This document shows, one piece after another, positions 12,620 to 24,519 of a DNA stretch of 64,000 bases (the stretch's first letter is position 1; each line of letters opens with the position of its first letter). Both the position numbers and the translations under genes were made by a program. This DNA is from Malacoraja senta (taxonomy: Eukaryota). The notes beneath the pieces are model-generated. The model had not been told where the DNA came from, made no database searches, and worked only from the letters and a program-made list of their open reading frames with translations. The DNA lies in assembly GCA_038087875.1 (NCBI GenBank), contig JAXLNO010001025.1:124001-188000 (forward strand), written 5' to 3'.

Positions 12620-15340
12620 TACCATAGACACATAGAAAATAGGTGCAGGAGCAGGCCATTTAGCCCTTCGAGCCAGCACCGCCATTCATTGTGATCATGG
12701 CTGATCATCCCCAATCAATAACTCGTGCCTGCCTTCTCCCCATATCCCTTGATTCCACTAGCCCCTAGAGCTCTATCTAACTCTCTCTTAAATCCATCCA
12801 GTGATTTGTCCTCCACTGCCCTCTGTGGCAGGGAATTCCACAAATTCACAACTCTCTGGGTAAAAACGTTTTTTCTCACCTCCGTCTTAAATGGCCTCCC
12901 CTTTATTCTAAGACTGTGGCCCCTGGTTCTGGACTCGCCCAACATTGGGAACATTTTTCCTGCATCTAGCTTGTCCAGTCCTTATATAATTTGATATGTT
13001 TCTATAAGATCCCCCTCATCCTTCTAAACTCCAGTGAATACAAGCCTAGTCTTTTAAATCTTTCCTCATATGACAGTCCCACCATCCCAGGGATCAATCT
13101 CGTCAACCTATGCTGCACTGCCTCAATCACAAGGATGTCCTTCCTCAAATTAGGAGACCAAAACTGTACACAATACTCCAGATGTGGTCTTACCAGAGCC
13201 ACATACAACTGCAGAAGAACCTCTTTACTCCTACACTGAAATCCTCTTGTTATGAAGGCCAACATTCCATTAACTTTCTTCACTGCCTGTTTTACCTGCA
13301 CGCCAACTTTCAGTGACTGGTGTACAAGGACACCCAGGTCTCGCTGTACCTCCCCCTTACCTAACCTAGCCCCATTGAGATAATAATCTTCCCCCTTGTT
13401 TTTGCCGCCAAAGCTGATAACCTCACATTTATCTATATATACTGCATCTGCCACGCATCTGCCCACTCACTCAACCTGTCCAGGTCACCCTGCAACCTCC
13501 TAACATCCTCTTCACAGTTCACACTGCCACCCAGCTTTGTGTCATCCGCAAACTTGCTAGTGTTGCTTCTAATTCCCTCTTCCAAATCATTAATATATAT
13601 GGTAAACAGTTGCGGCCCCAACACCGAGCCTTGCGGCACTCCACTCGCCACTGCCTGCCTTTCTGAAAAGGATCCATTCACTCCTATTCTTTGCTTCCTG
13701 TCTGCCAAACAATTTTCTATCCATGTCAACACCCTACCCCCAATACCATGTGCTCTAATTTTAGTCACCAGTCTCCCATGCGGGACCTCATCAAAGGCTT
13801 TCTGAAAGTCTAGATACACTACATCCACTGGCGTAGTGAAGACAGATCCGAAGTACCTGTTCAACTCTTCTGCCATTTCATTGTTCCCCATAATAATTTC
13901 TCCCATAGGTAGATGTCTGAAGAAGGGTTTCAGCCCAAAACATTGCCTATTTTCTTCGCTCCATAGATGCTGCCGCACCCGCTGAGTTTCTCCAGCATTT
14001 TTGTCTACCTTCGATTTTGCAGCATCTGCAGTTCCTTCTTGAACATAATTTCCCCCGTGTCTGCCTTCAAAGAACCCACATTTGACTTTGCTATTCTTTA
14101 TCCCTTAACATATCAAAGAAGCTTTTACTGTCCTTCTTTACATTCCTGGCCAGCTTCCCCTCGTACTTCATCTTTTCAGCCCGAATTTTTTCCTTCTGTT
14201 GTCCTATGGAAGTTTCCCAATCCTCTGGCTTCCGGCTACTATTTGCTGTATTATACATCTTTTCTTTTAGTTTTATTCTATCCCTAACTTCTCTTGTCAG
14301 CCACGGTTGCCTCCTACTCCCCTTAGAATCTTTCTTCCTTTTTGGAATGAAATGATCCCGCGTCTTCCAGATTATGCCCAGAAATTCCTGCCATTGTTGT
14401 TCCACCCTCATTCCTGCTAGGATCCCTTTCCAGTCTACCTTGGCCAGCTCCTCTCTCATGGCTTCATAGTCCCCTTTGTTCAAATGCATCACTGACACTT
14501 CCGATCTAACCTACGCCTTCTCAAATTGCAGATTAAAACTAATCATATTATGATCACTATCTCCAAGCGGTTCCTTTACCTCTACTTCTCTTGTCAAATC
14601 TGGTTCATTGGACAACACTAAATCCAGAATTGCCTTTTCTCTGGTCGGCTCCATTAGAAGCTGCTCTAAGAATCCATCTCGGAGGCACTCTACAAACTCT
14701 CTTTCTTGAGGTCCTGAACCAACCTGATTTTCCCAGTCTACCTGCATATTGAAATCCCCCATCACCACAGTGGCATTACCTTTGTTACATGCCAGTTTTA
14801 ACTCCTGCTGCAACTTACACCCTACATCCGGGCTACTATTTGGGGGTCTGTAGATAACACCAATTAGTGTCTTCTTGCCTTTGCAATTCCTCAACTCAAT
14901 CCACAGTGACTCTACCTCTTCAGTCCCAATGTCTTCCCTCGCAAGGAACTGAATTCCATCCCTCACCAGCAGAGCTACCCCCTCTCCTCTGCCCACCTGC
15001 CTGTCCTTTCTATAGGCTGTATAACCCTGAATATTAAGTTCCCAGGCCCGATCCTCCTGCAGCCATGTCTCAGTAATCCCCACAATGTCATATCTACCAA
15101 CCTGTAACTGAGCCTCAAGCTTTACTTTTTATACTTCGCGCATTCATATACAATATTTTTAATTCCTTATGCATCTCACCTTTCACATCGATCCCTTTTA
15201 CAGTTGGCCATACACTCCTATCCCTTTGTGAGCTTTCTTTCCCGTTAATTCTGGGGTGATTAACTATTGCTTTACTCCCTTTCCCTTTAACTCCGTCCCT
15301 GACCATCCCATTTGACACCCCCCCCCCCTTATTGTCCCAG
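12620..15340 (-). mobile_element. CR1 LINE (endonuclease + RT fragments, internal deletion, SINE insert)
   Basis: GITETWL..GDFN (14511-15083), [23 protein letters not shown] (13433-13830), RPHLEYCVQFWSP; CR1 3' tail. Confidence 0.88.
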
Positions 15341-15461
15341 ACTGTATCATCTGTTGACCGTGGTGTGGTGAGGATTGGAGAGTCAGAGAACACAGTGTAG
15401 TGAGGAATGGACGGTCACAGTGTGGGGGTCACAAAGTATCTCTATCGTTGGTCATCGTTAC

Positions 15462-15601
15462 CTTGACAACGGTGACGAAGGTACTGTAGAGGAAACTGAT
15501 AATGAACAGGATGGCGAAGGCAGCAACTGTGAGCACATTGTCATCTCCATCCAAGTCCCCCGGCTCCTCCTTCCCTTCCTCTCCTGTCAAGTCTGTGCCG
15601 G
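15462..15601 (-). CDS. IgW: IgW TM1 exon (AGTDLTGEEGKEEPGDLDGDDNVLTVAAFAILFIISFLYSTFVTVVK)
   Basis: Acidic spacer + CART motif (F..LF..S..YST.VT..K); phase-1 acceptor, phase-0 donor AAG|GTAACG. Confidence 0.92.
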
Positions 15602-16519
15602 CTTCAGGACAAATGAGAAGGTGAGACAGTTAGTTTGCCGCGGATGTTTTGTGAAGATCAACAATGTGTGAATAAAATGAAGACAACAGGAGGACAGGAA
15701 GACAGGAGGCTCGGGTCAGTTCCACCATTCAATGATATGTGGAGATCTATCACCAGCTCCACTGAGCTGACTTTCCCCCACATCCATTAACATCTCGTAT
15801 AGTCAAACTCTGCAATCTCAGATTTAAAATCACCTACAGACCAGGAACCAAATGCCAACTGTGGAAGGCAATTCCAAACTTCCATGCGCCTCTGATAGAC
15901 ACAAAAAGCTGGAGTTAATCAGTGGGACAGGCAGTATCTCTGGAGAGAAGGAATGGGTGAGGTTTCGTGTCGAGACCCTTCTTCAGACACCATGACCCTC
16001 TTCCATGCAGCATGGCTGCCTCGAACTTTTAGACCCTGTTCTTTGTATAAAGTTGGATTTCCATGAATCAGGGAGATCATTTGTAACCCAGGGAGCACTG
16101 TACACAACTAAAAAATATTTCCTCCTCATCTAGTTAGTTTAGTTTATTGTCACGTGTACCGAGGTACAGTGAAAAGCTTTTGTTGCGTGCTAACCAGTCA
16201 GCGGAAAGACAAAACATGATTACAAATGAGTCATTCACAGTGTATACATACACGATAAGGGATTAACGTTTAGTGCAAGGTAAAACCAGTAAAGTCCGAT
16301 CAAAGATAGTCCGAGGGTCTCCAGTGAGGGAGATAGTAGTTCAGGACCGCTCTCTGGATGTGGTAGGATGATTCAGTTGCCTGATAACATCTGGGAAGAA
16401 ACTGTCCCTGAATGTGGAGGTGTGTAAATAGATCATCTCAGGATAATCTATTCTGCTTGCTCCCATTAACTTTGTGAAAACATCAAACAAATCTTCCTTT
16501 AGCCTTCTTATTCAGCACC

Positions 16520-17200
16520 ATGAAAGTAAGCATGCAGGCAGGTACACAGGCAGTGAAGAAAGCGAATGGCATGTTGGCCTTCATAACAAGAGGAGTTGAG
16601 TATAGGAGCAAAGAGGTCCTTCTGCAGTTGTACGGGGCCCTAGTGAGACCACACCTGGAGTATTGTGTGCAGTTTTGGTCCCTAATTTGTGGAAGGACAT
16701 TCTTGCTATTGAGGGAGTGCCACGTAGGTTTACAAGGTAAATTCCCAGGATGGTGGGACTGTCAAATGCTGAGAGAATGGAACGGTTAGGCTTGTATACT
16801 CTGGTTTAGAAGGATGAGAGGTGATCTTATTGAAACATATGAGATTATTAAGGGTTTGGACACGCTAGATGCAGGAAACTCGTTCCCGATGTTGGGTGAG
16901 TCCAGAACAAGGAGCCACAGTTTAAGAATAAGTGGTAAGCCATTTAGAAAGGAGACGAGGAAACACTTTTTCACACAGAAAGTTGTGAGTCTGTGGAATT
17001 CTCTGCCTCAGAGGGCGGTGGAGGCTGGTTCACTGGATACTTTCAAGAGAGAGCTATAAAGGGCTCTTAAAGATAGCGGAGTCATGGGATATGGGGAGAA
17101 GGCAGGAACGGGGTACTGATTGTGGATGATCAGCCATGATCACATTGATTGCTGGTTCGAAGGGCAGAATGGCCTACTCCTGCACCTATTGTCTATTGTC
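16520..17200 (+). mobile_element. CR1 LINE 3' fragment
   Basis: VRPHLEYCVQFW, MRGDLIETY, (CTATTGT)n tail. Confidence 0.85.
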
Positions 17201-19224
17201 TATTTGGGTGTGGTCCACACACATTTAAAGAGCTGGTTCTTGCAACAGATTTGCCCATTCACTTCATGTATCCTTATCTCAGCAAGGACACCATCTAGAT
17301 GCTCTGTTGACACTTCTGCTTGCCTTGTGTGAGCAGCAAACTTGATCGTGTGGCTTTCTATCCGACATCTCAACTTTCAATAAATATAGTGAATAGCTTC
17401 AGCCCTGAACACATTTCCACAGGCAAAGCTCATCACTGGCCCTTCCTTCTGTAACTTTCCTCTTTCTGAATGAGTTTATCAAATGCATTCACAAAGATGA
17501 TCAAAACTCCTTTCCCTCTTCATTAGCTTTGAATATTTTAAAGACCAGAAAGGTTCATCAGAAATGTGTGGGAAGGAACTGCAGATGCTGGTTTACACCG
17601 AAGATAGACACAAAATGCTGGAGTAACTCTGTAGGACATGCAGCATCTCTGGATAGAAGGAATGGGTGACGTTTCGGGTCGAGACCCTCCTTCAGAATGT
17701 TCTATTCCATGGACGGAGGAGACTAATACATGTATATTTACATAATCTGTAGAAATGTACAGAGTGAAAGACAATTTGCAATCTTAGATCCAGGTCACCT
17801 GTTCCCCACCAACTTGGCAACACCTCCCAAAACGCACCAACAGGGAACACCAACACCAACACTACATGTATATTCATTATTGAACATTGATAGGTTACAT
17901 TGACACAAACACACATGTAGCCTCTCGTGGGGTCTCTGCAGGTTTCAAGCAGGATCAGACCTGACACAATGACGTATTCATACAAATTGCAAGTTCTCTG
18001 AAACTTTGGTAATTGATGTTTCAAGAGTCAAGAGAGTTTTATTGTCATGTGTCCCAGATAGGACAGCGAAATTCTTGCTTGCTGCAGCACAACAGAATAT
18101 GTAAACATAATACAGAACAGGAGATAAAAGTTCAGTGTGTCTATAGACCATAGACCATATATATATACAATAAATAAACAGATAAAGTGCAATAGGCTGT
18201 TATTGTTCAGAGTTTGTTTGATGGCCTGATGGCTGTGGGGTAATGCCTATTCCTGAACCTGGATGTTCCAGATTTCAAGCTCCTGTATCTTCTTCCCGAT
18301 GAGTGTGTGGCCAGGATGGTGTGGTTCTTTGATGATGTTGGCAGCCTTTTTGAGGCAATGACTGCGATAGATCCCTTCGATGGTGGGGAGGTCAGAGCCG
18401 ATGATGGACTGGGCAGTGGTCACAACTTTCTGCATTCTTTTCCGCTCCTGGACGTTCAAGTTGCCGAACCAAGCCATGATACAACCAGTTATGTTTAACC
18501 AAAAAGTTATGTTTGATATGGATTTGGTCTGGAATCCATTTTCATTCTCAGTTGACGTTCTCTCCCTGGCTGAGTAATGTGCACCGATGTGAACCCTGGA
18601 ACACCAGTCTGTACGAGACACTGAATAGCAGTGACTTTCTGGAGAGACATTCCCTTTCCTCAAGAGTAGCAACTGCTCAACTAACCACAACATGGTCTTG
18701 TTACTATTGGCACAATATTACAAGAGGAGATAACCACATTTGACAGAGTGCAGGAGATGGTTAGATACGCTGATGTACAACCAGGCTCCTTTACCCAGAG
18801 TAGGGCAATCAAGAAGCAGAGGACATGGGTTTAAGGTGAGGGGGGACAGATTTAATGGGAATCTGAGGGGCAACTTTTTCACACAGAGGGCACTGGGTAC
18901 ATGGAATGTGCTGCGGGAAGAGGTAGTTGACGCAGAGACTATAACAATGTTTAAAAGTTATTTGGACAGGTACATGGACAGGACGAATAGTGAAAGGCCT
19001 GGATAGAGCTGATGTAAAGAGGATGATTCCACTGGTGGGAGAGTCGAGGACCATAGCCTCAGAATTAAAGGAGGTTCCTCTAGGAAGATGAGGAGGAATT
19101 TGTTTAGTCACAGGGTAGTGAATCTGAGGAATTCATTGCCACAGAAGGCTGTGGAGGCCCACTCAATGGGTATTTATAAAGCAGAGATAGATTGATTCTT
19201 GATTAGTATTGGTGTCAAGGGGAA

Positions 19225-21060
19225 AGATTAGATTAGATTTGATTAGATTAGATTATTTAATGACCACACAGTCAAGCTGGTGGAATTCATGTTCAGTACA
19301 GGATGTTACACAATAGGCTGATTCCCGTCAAACATAACATAAAACACAACAACATACAGTATACAGTACATGCACGAGGTGGCTGTGTGATGTTGTCATA
19401 GAGTGTTCAGAGTTCGAATTGCATATGGGTAGAAACTGTTTTTAAATCGTGATGTTTTGGCGGGCAGTGAGCTGTAGCGCCTTCCTGACGGCAGCAGGTG
19501 GAAGATGTGGTGAGCTGGGTGGGAGGGGTCAGAAATGATTTTCTTCACCCTTGACACAGCGTTTGAGATTGAGTGAATCTATTGATGGGAGGGGAGTGCT
19601 GATGATTTTGGATGCTTTGTTGACAATGTGCTGTAGTTTATTACGGGAGTGAGTGTCTAAACTGCTGTACCAACCTGTTATTGATGAAGTGAGCATGCTT
19701 TGGATGATGGCTGTGTAAAATCGGATTAGGAGATGTTTCCTCACTCTAAACTTCTTGAGCTGACGGAGAAAGAAAAGTCTTTGGTTGGCTTTTTTATAAA
19801 TGTGGTCTGAATTGATTTTCCATTTGAGGTTATTGCTTATGTGAGTGCTAAGAAATTTGAATGAGTCAGTAGTGGATATGGGTTCGCCAGAGATAGGTAG
19901 GGGGGTCTTGGGTTGTGCCTTCCGTCTGAGATCAATGATAAGTTCATGTGTTTTTGATGTGTTGAGTAGGAGGTTATTATCTGTGCACCAAGTGACTGCT
20001 TTGTTTGTTTGAGTGCGGTATTCTGTTTAGTTGTTGTTAGAGATGAGACCTATGATGGTTGTGTCATCTGCGTATTTATATATTTTGACTGAACTATACT
20101 GGCATGTGAGTTGATTTGTGTAGAGTGAGAATAACCAGGGTGACAAAACGCAGCCCTGAGGGGCTCCTGTACTGAGGTGCAGAGGGTGAGATATGGTGAT
20201 ATGTATCTTCACCCTCTGTTGTCTGTTCCAAAGGAAGCTATAGATCCAATGACAGATGCAGGGGTCAATGTTCATGTCCGTTAATTTATGGAAGTGTTTG
20301 ACCGGGTTGATGGAGTTGAATGCCGAACTGAAGTCCATGAACAGGATGCGGGCGTAAGTGTTGGCCGTTTCCAGGTGTTGCAGAGTGTGATGAATGGCCA
20401 GGTTGACTGTGTCTTCTACTGACCTATTGGCTCTATATGCGAATTGATGTGGGTCCGTGTTGGAGGAAGTGCAGGTTTTGAGGTGAGCGAGAATAATGCG
20501 CTCAAATGACTTCATGGCCACAGATGTAAGGGCAATCGGTCTGTAGTCATTGAGGCAGGATGTTGTGTTAGACTTGGGCACAGGAATGTTGGTGGATTGT
20601 TTGAAGCACTGGGGCACTGAACATTGGCAGAGGGAGGTATTGAAGATGTTGGTGAACACAGGGGCCAGTTCTGCTGCACAATGATGGAGCACTGCTGGGC
20701 TGATGTTGTCTGGGCCTGCAGATTTGTTTTTCTTCTGTCTTCTGAAGGTAGTCCTCACCTCGGCCTCCTGGATGTGGAATGGAGGGGGAGGAAGAGGAGA
20801 GGGGGACGATGGTGGAGGGACTGGAGACTGTTCAAACCTGCCATAGAAAGTGTTCAGTTTGTCTGGGAGTTGATGATCATTATCAGGGATGGGGGTGGAT
20901 TTCTTTTTGTAGTTTGTGATTTCCTGAAGTTTTTTCCAAACAGTTCTAGTGTTGTTGGTTGAGATTTCTTGTTCTATTTTGGTGGCATAATTGTGTTTGG
21001 CTTTCCTTATTGTAGACCTTAATTTATATTTTGCAGCCATGTAGCCCTGCTTATTTCCAG
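19225..21060 (-). mobile_element. Rex1/Babar-type LINE (RT)
   Basis: ORF 20027-21040: YRPIALTS, QFAYRANRS, PQGCVLSP, YADDTTI; (CTAAT)n tail at ~19225-19255. Confidence 0.82.
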
Positions 21061-21518
21061 ATTTATATGCAGCATTTTTCTCAGTTCTTAATTGTTGAAT
21101 TTCTTTTGTGAATCAGGGCTTATTGTTGTATTGTTTAACAGTTCTTGAAGGGATACAGAGTTGCTCGCAAAATTGGACATATGACGTCACTGTGTCCGTG
21201 GAGGACACCAGCTGCGTGGAAAACTTTCCAATCAGTGCATGCAAAGGGCAGGAGAATGGGGTTAGGAAGGAGAGATAGATCAGCCATGATTGAATGGCAG
21301 AGTAGACTTGATGGGCTGAATGGCCTAATTCTGCTCCTATCACATGAACATGAGATGATCAGTGATTTGGGCCAAACACGGGGAGACGGGACTAGTGTAG
21401 ATCGGGCACCTTTGTTGGCAAAGGCAAGCTGAACCGAATGGCCTGTTAACATCCTGTATAAATCTATGACTCCATGATCACTCCAATGACAACACGCTTG
21501 TACCCAGCTCCATCCACA

Positions 21519-21738
21519 CAATGGACTTTCTGATGGACCTCTTTTCCAGTGTCGACAAACAATTGTACAAGTGCAAATACTCGAACCCACTCTTCAAATT
21601 AGCAGCAAGACAACTAGTCTGAGATGCCACACACAGAGGGCCGACAACAATGAGTGGACTGACCCTGTGACAATAATTTTGAAGAATAGCAGGCTTGGTC
21701 TTCTCAGTGTCCTGGCTACTGAGGAGTTTTGGAATAAA
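21519..21738 (-). pseudogene. Decayed CH5-like exon relic
   Basis: Pyrimidine-rich acceptor at 21739-40; 3' part reads AANLKSGFEY...CLSTLEKRSIRKSI versus C5 AAEWESGALY...SLPTPESRSLEKPT with codon-level similarity. Confidence 0.5.
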
Positions 21739-21896
21739 CTGAAGTTGTGAAAGCACAGAAATATTTAGCATTGTGCCCTGGTCCTGGTTGCATTGTGGCC
21801 TGGTTCAGCAACTTGAACGTCCAGGAGCGAAAAAGACTACAAAAAGTTGTGACCACTGCCCAGTTCATCGCCGGCTTTAACCTCCCCACCGTCGAA

Positions 21897-22960
21897 GGTG
21901 ACCTCCCCTCCGTTCTTGGTCCCCTCCTCTTCATCATCTACATCTTCCCCCTTGGTCATATATTCCGTCACTTCAACCTGGACTTCCACTGCTATGCTGA
22001 TGACACCCAGATCTATCTCAGCACCAAGTCCCCCCACCACCCCCCTCTCTCCCATATCAACTCCTGCCTATCAGCCATCAAATCTTGGATGCAACTCAAC
22101 TTCCTTAAATTAAACAGTAGCAAAACAGAATTTCTCCTCATTGGCTGCAAATCAACACTCACTAAAATTAACAACCCCACTCTCACTATTGACGGCACCA
22201 CTGTCTCCCCATCTCCTCAGGCACGCAACCTTGGCGTGATCTTTGACTCAACCCTCTCCCTTGAGCCTCACATCCGCCATGTTGTCAAAACATCATTTTT
22301 TCACCTCCGCAACATTGCCAAAATCAGATCCTCTCTCACACCCCCCGCTGCTGAAAGACTCATCCATGCCTTCATCTCCTCCCGACTGGATTACTGTAAC
22401 TCTCTTCTCTTTGGAATCAATTCCAGCAGCATCAACCGACTCCAACTGGTCCAGAATGCAGCCGCTCGACTCATTACCCACACCAGATCCTGGCACCACA
22501 TCACCCCAGTTCTCAAAGAACTTCACTGGCTTCCCATTTCCCACCGGATCACCTACAAAACCCTGGTCCTCACCTACAAAGCCCTCAACAACTTGGCCCC
22601 CCCCTTATCTCACTGACCTCCTCTCCCCCTACCAACCCTCACGATCCCTCAGATCCACATCAGCTGGTCTCCTCTCCACTCCGAAATCAAACCTCTGCAC
22701 TTTTGGAGGCAGAGTCTTCTCCAGGGCAGCTCCCAGGCTCTGGAATTCCCTCCCACAACTGGTCCGAAATTCTGTGTCCCTCACCATCTTCCAGTCCCGC
22801 CTCAAGACCCATCTCTTCACCTCTGCATACCCATGTTCCCCTCCCCTTTGCATCTCAGTCTTACTGCTCTATTTTGTTTTGTTTATTCTTGACTGTCAAT
22901 GTAAAGCGACTTTGAGTCCTGAAAAGTGCTATATAAATAAAATCTATTATTAGTATTATT
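21897..22960 (+). mobile_element. L2 LINE nested in a Rex1/Babar 3' fragment
   Basis: L2 RT motifs (YADDTQIY, SRLDYCNS); flanks 21770-21895 and 22965-23340 are contiguous halves of a sequence like ORF 18247-18693. Confidence 0.8.
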
Positions 22961-23472
22961 ATCATAGTCGCTGCCTCAAAAAGGCAGCCAAAATCATCAA
23001 GGACCCACACCATCCTGGCCACACACTCATCTCACCATTGCCATCAGGAAGAAGTTACAGGGGCCTGAAAACTGTAACATCCAGGTACAGGAACAGCTCC
23101 TTCCCTACAGCCATCAGGCTATTAAACACAACAAATAAGCTCTGAGCTCTGAACCGCAAAAGACTATATTATTATTTGTTATTTGCACTATTTGTTATTT
23201 ATTGAACTTTTTCTTTTTTTCTCTTCCCCCGTTATGCACTATGTTTACATATTCACATATTCTGTTGTCCTGCAGCAAGTAAGAATTTCCTTGTCCCGTC
23301 TGGGACACATGACAATAAAACACTCTTGACTCTTCTTGACTCTAGTCTAGGCCCCTTGGTTATCACTCCCTCACTCACACACTGTACACCTGTCCTTCAG
23401 TGCTAAACTTGCCTGGCCCTATTTTGTGATGGGTAAAAGATGTGATGATTAGATTGAATCCCAGCACCGTAC

Positions 23473-23790
23473 CTTGAAAGCTTTTCACTTCCCGAATGAT
23501 ACTGGTGTTCGAGGGAGGATGAGACACTGTACAGCCGAAGACTGAGCCTTTCTTCCAATCCTCTGAACTCACAGTCAGGAAGTGGCTGGCACTGAAAGTC
23601 CCCCCCTGCTCCAGAGCAGTCGGTGTAGCGCTGGTGGTGGAGGAGATCGGGGCTCCATCTTTCTCCCAAGTGACGTTTATGAGGTCCGGGTAGAAACCAG
23701 AGAGCACACACTCGAGGGTGGCTGTGTGGCTACGCTTGGTCTCTTGGTGAGCTGGAGGCAGCAGTCTGACCTTGGGTCTTTTTGTTTCAA
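23473..23790 (-). CDS. IgW: Downstream CH4-like exon (C4')
   Basis: Acceptor ctctgttccag|TT, donor CAAG|GTACG, 318 nt; VETKRPKVRLLPP...TLECVLSGFYP...W...EDWKKGSVFGC. Confidence 0.9.
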
Positions 23791-23831
23791 CTGGAACAGA
23801 GGAGCAAAGTAGACGTGAGACCCTCTTCCTC

Positions 23832-24170
23832 AAGGGCCTGTCCCACATACGCGACTTTTTCGGCGACTGCCGGCACCCATCATATGTCGTTACAGGTCGC
23901 CGAAAATTTTCAACATGTTGAAAATCTAGCGGCGACCAGAACAAGGTACGACTCTTTGGGCAACTACTCACGACCATGCAGGCTTCACCCCGCGACATGT
24001 CGCCAAGGTGTCGCCTGTATGGTCGTGAGTCTCCTCAGTCGCACAAAGAATCGTAGCGTCTCTCTGGTCGTCGCTGGATTTTCAACATGTTGAAAATTTT
24101 CGCCGACCTGCAACGACCTATGACGGGTGCCGGCAGTCGCTGAAATAGTCGCGTAAGTGGGACAGGCCCT
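23832..24170. mobile_element. Harbinger-like MITE
   Basis: TIR AGGGCCTGTCCCAC / GTGGGACAGGCCCT with TCA on both sides; related copies at ~40924-41265 and ~44186-44525. Confidence 0.75.
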
Positions 24171-24216
24171 TCATGGTAACTAATGTTGGCCGTATCATTG
24201 CCGATCTCTCGCCCAC

Positions 24217-24519
24217 CTTTGGCACTTTCTGTCCGTGCTGACACTGGTGAGAATGATGGAGATCGTTGGGCAGAGCACACAACCTCCACCCCACTGGTCC
24301 ATTCCTCCACACTGCTCCGGAGTTTACTGCTCACTCTGTCTTGGGTCCTTTCCCCTCTCGGTTGGTGGGTCACAGCCCCTGTAGTTCTCTCCCTTCCGCT
24401 CACTTGCCAGTAGATTTGGACCTGGCTCAGATCAGCACCCATTACCACGCACACCACAGTAGCGGTCTTGTTGATCCAAATCTCTTCAGTGGAGGGGTTT
24501 TGGATAAAGACAGACAATT
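24217..24519 (-). CDS. IgW: Downstream CH3-like exon (C3')
   Basis: Acceptor atttctcctgcag|AA, donor AAAG|GTGGG, 303 nt; 62/101 residues identical to C3a by manual alignment; both canonical Cys and Trp present. Confidence 0.9.

Noticed and set aside
23791-23998. N-terminal extension of ORF 23375-23998 (and of 24035-24601)
   Set aside because: Intronic and MITE sequence in frame by chance; exons are bounded by AG/GT sites
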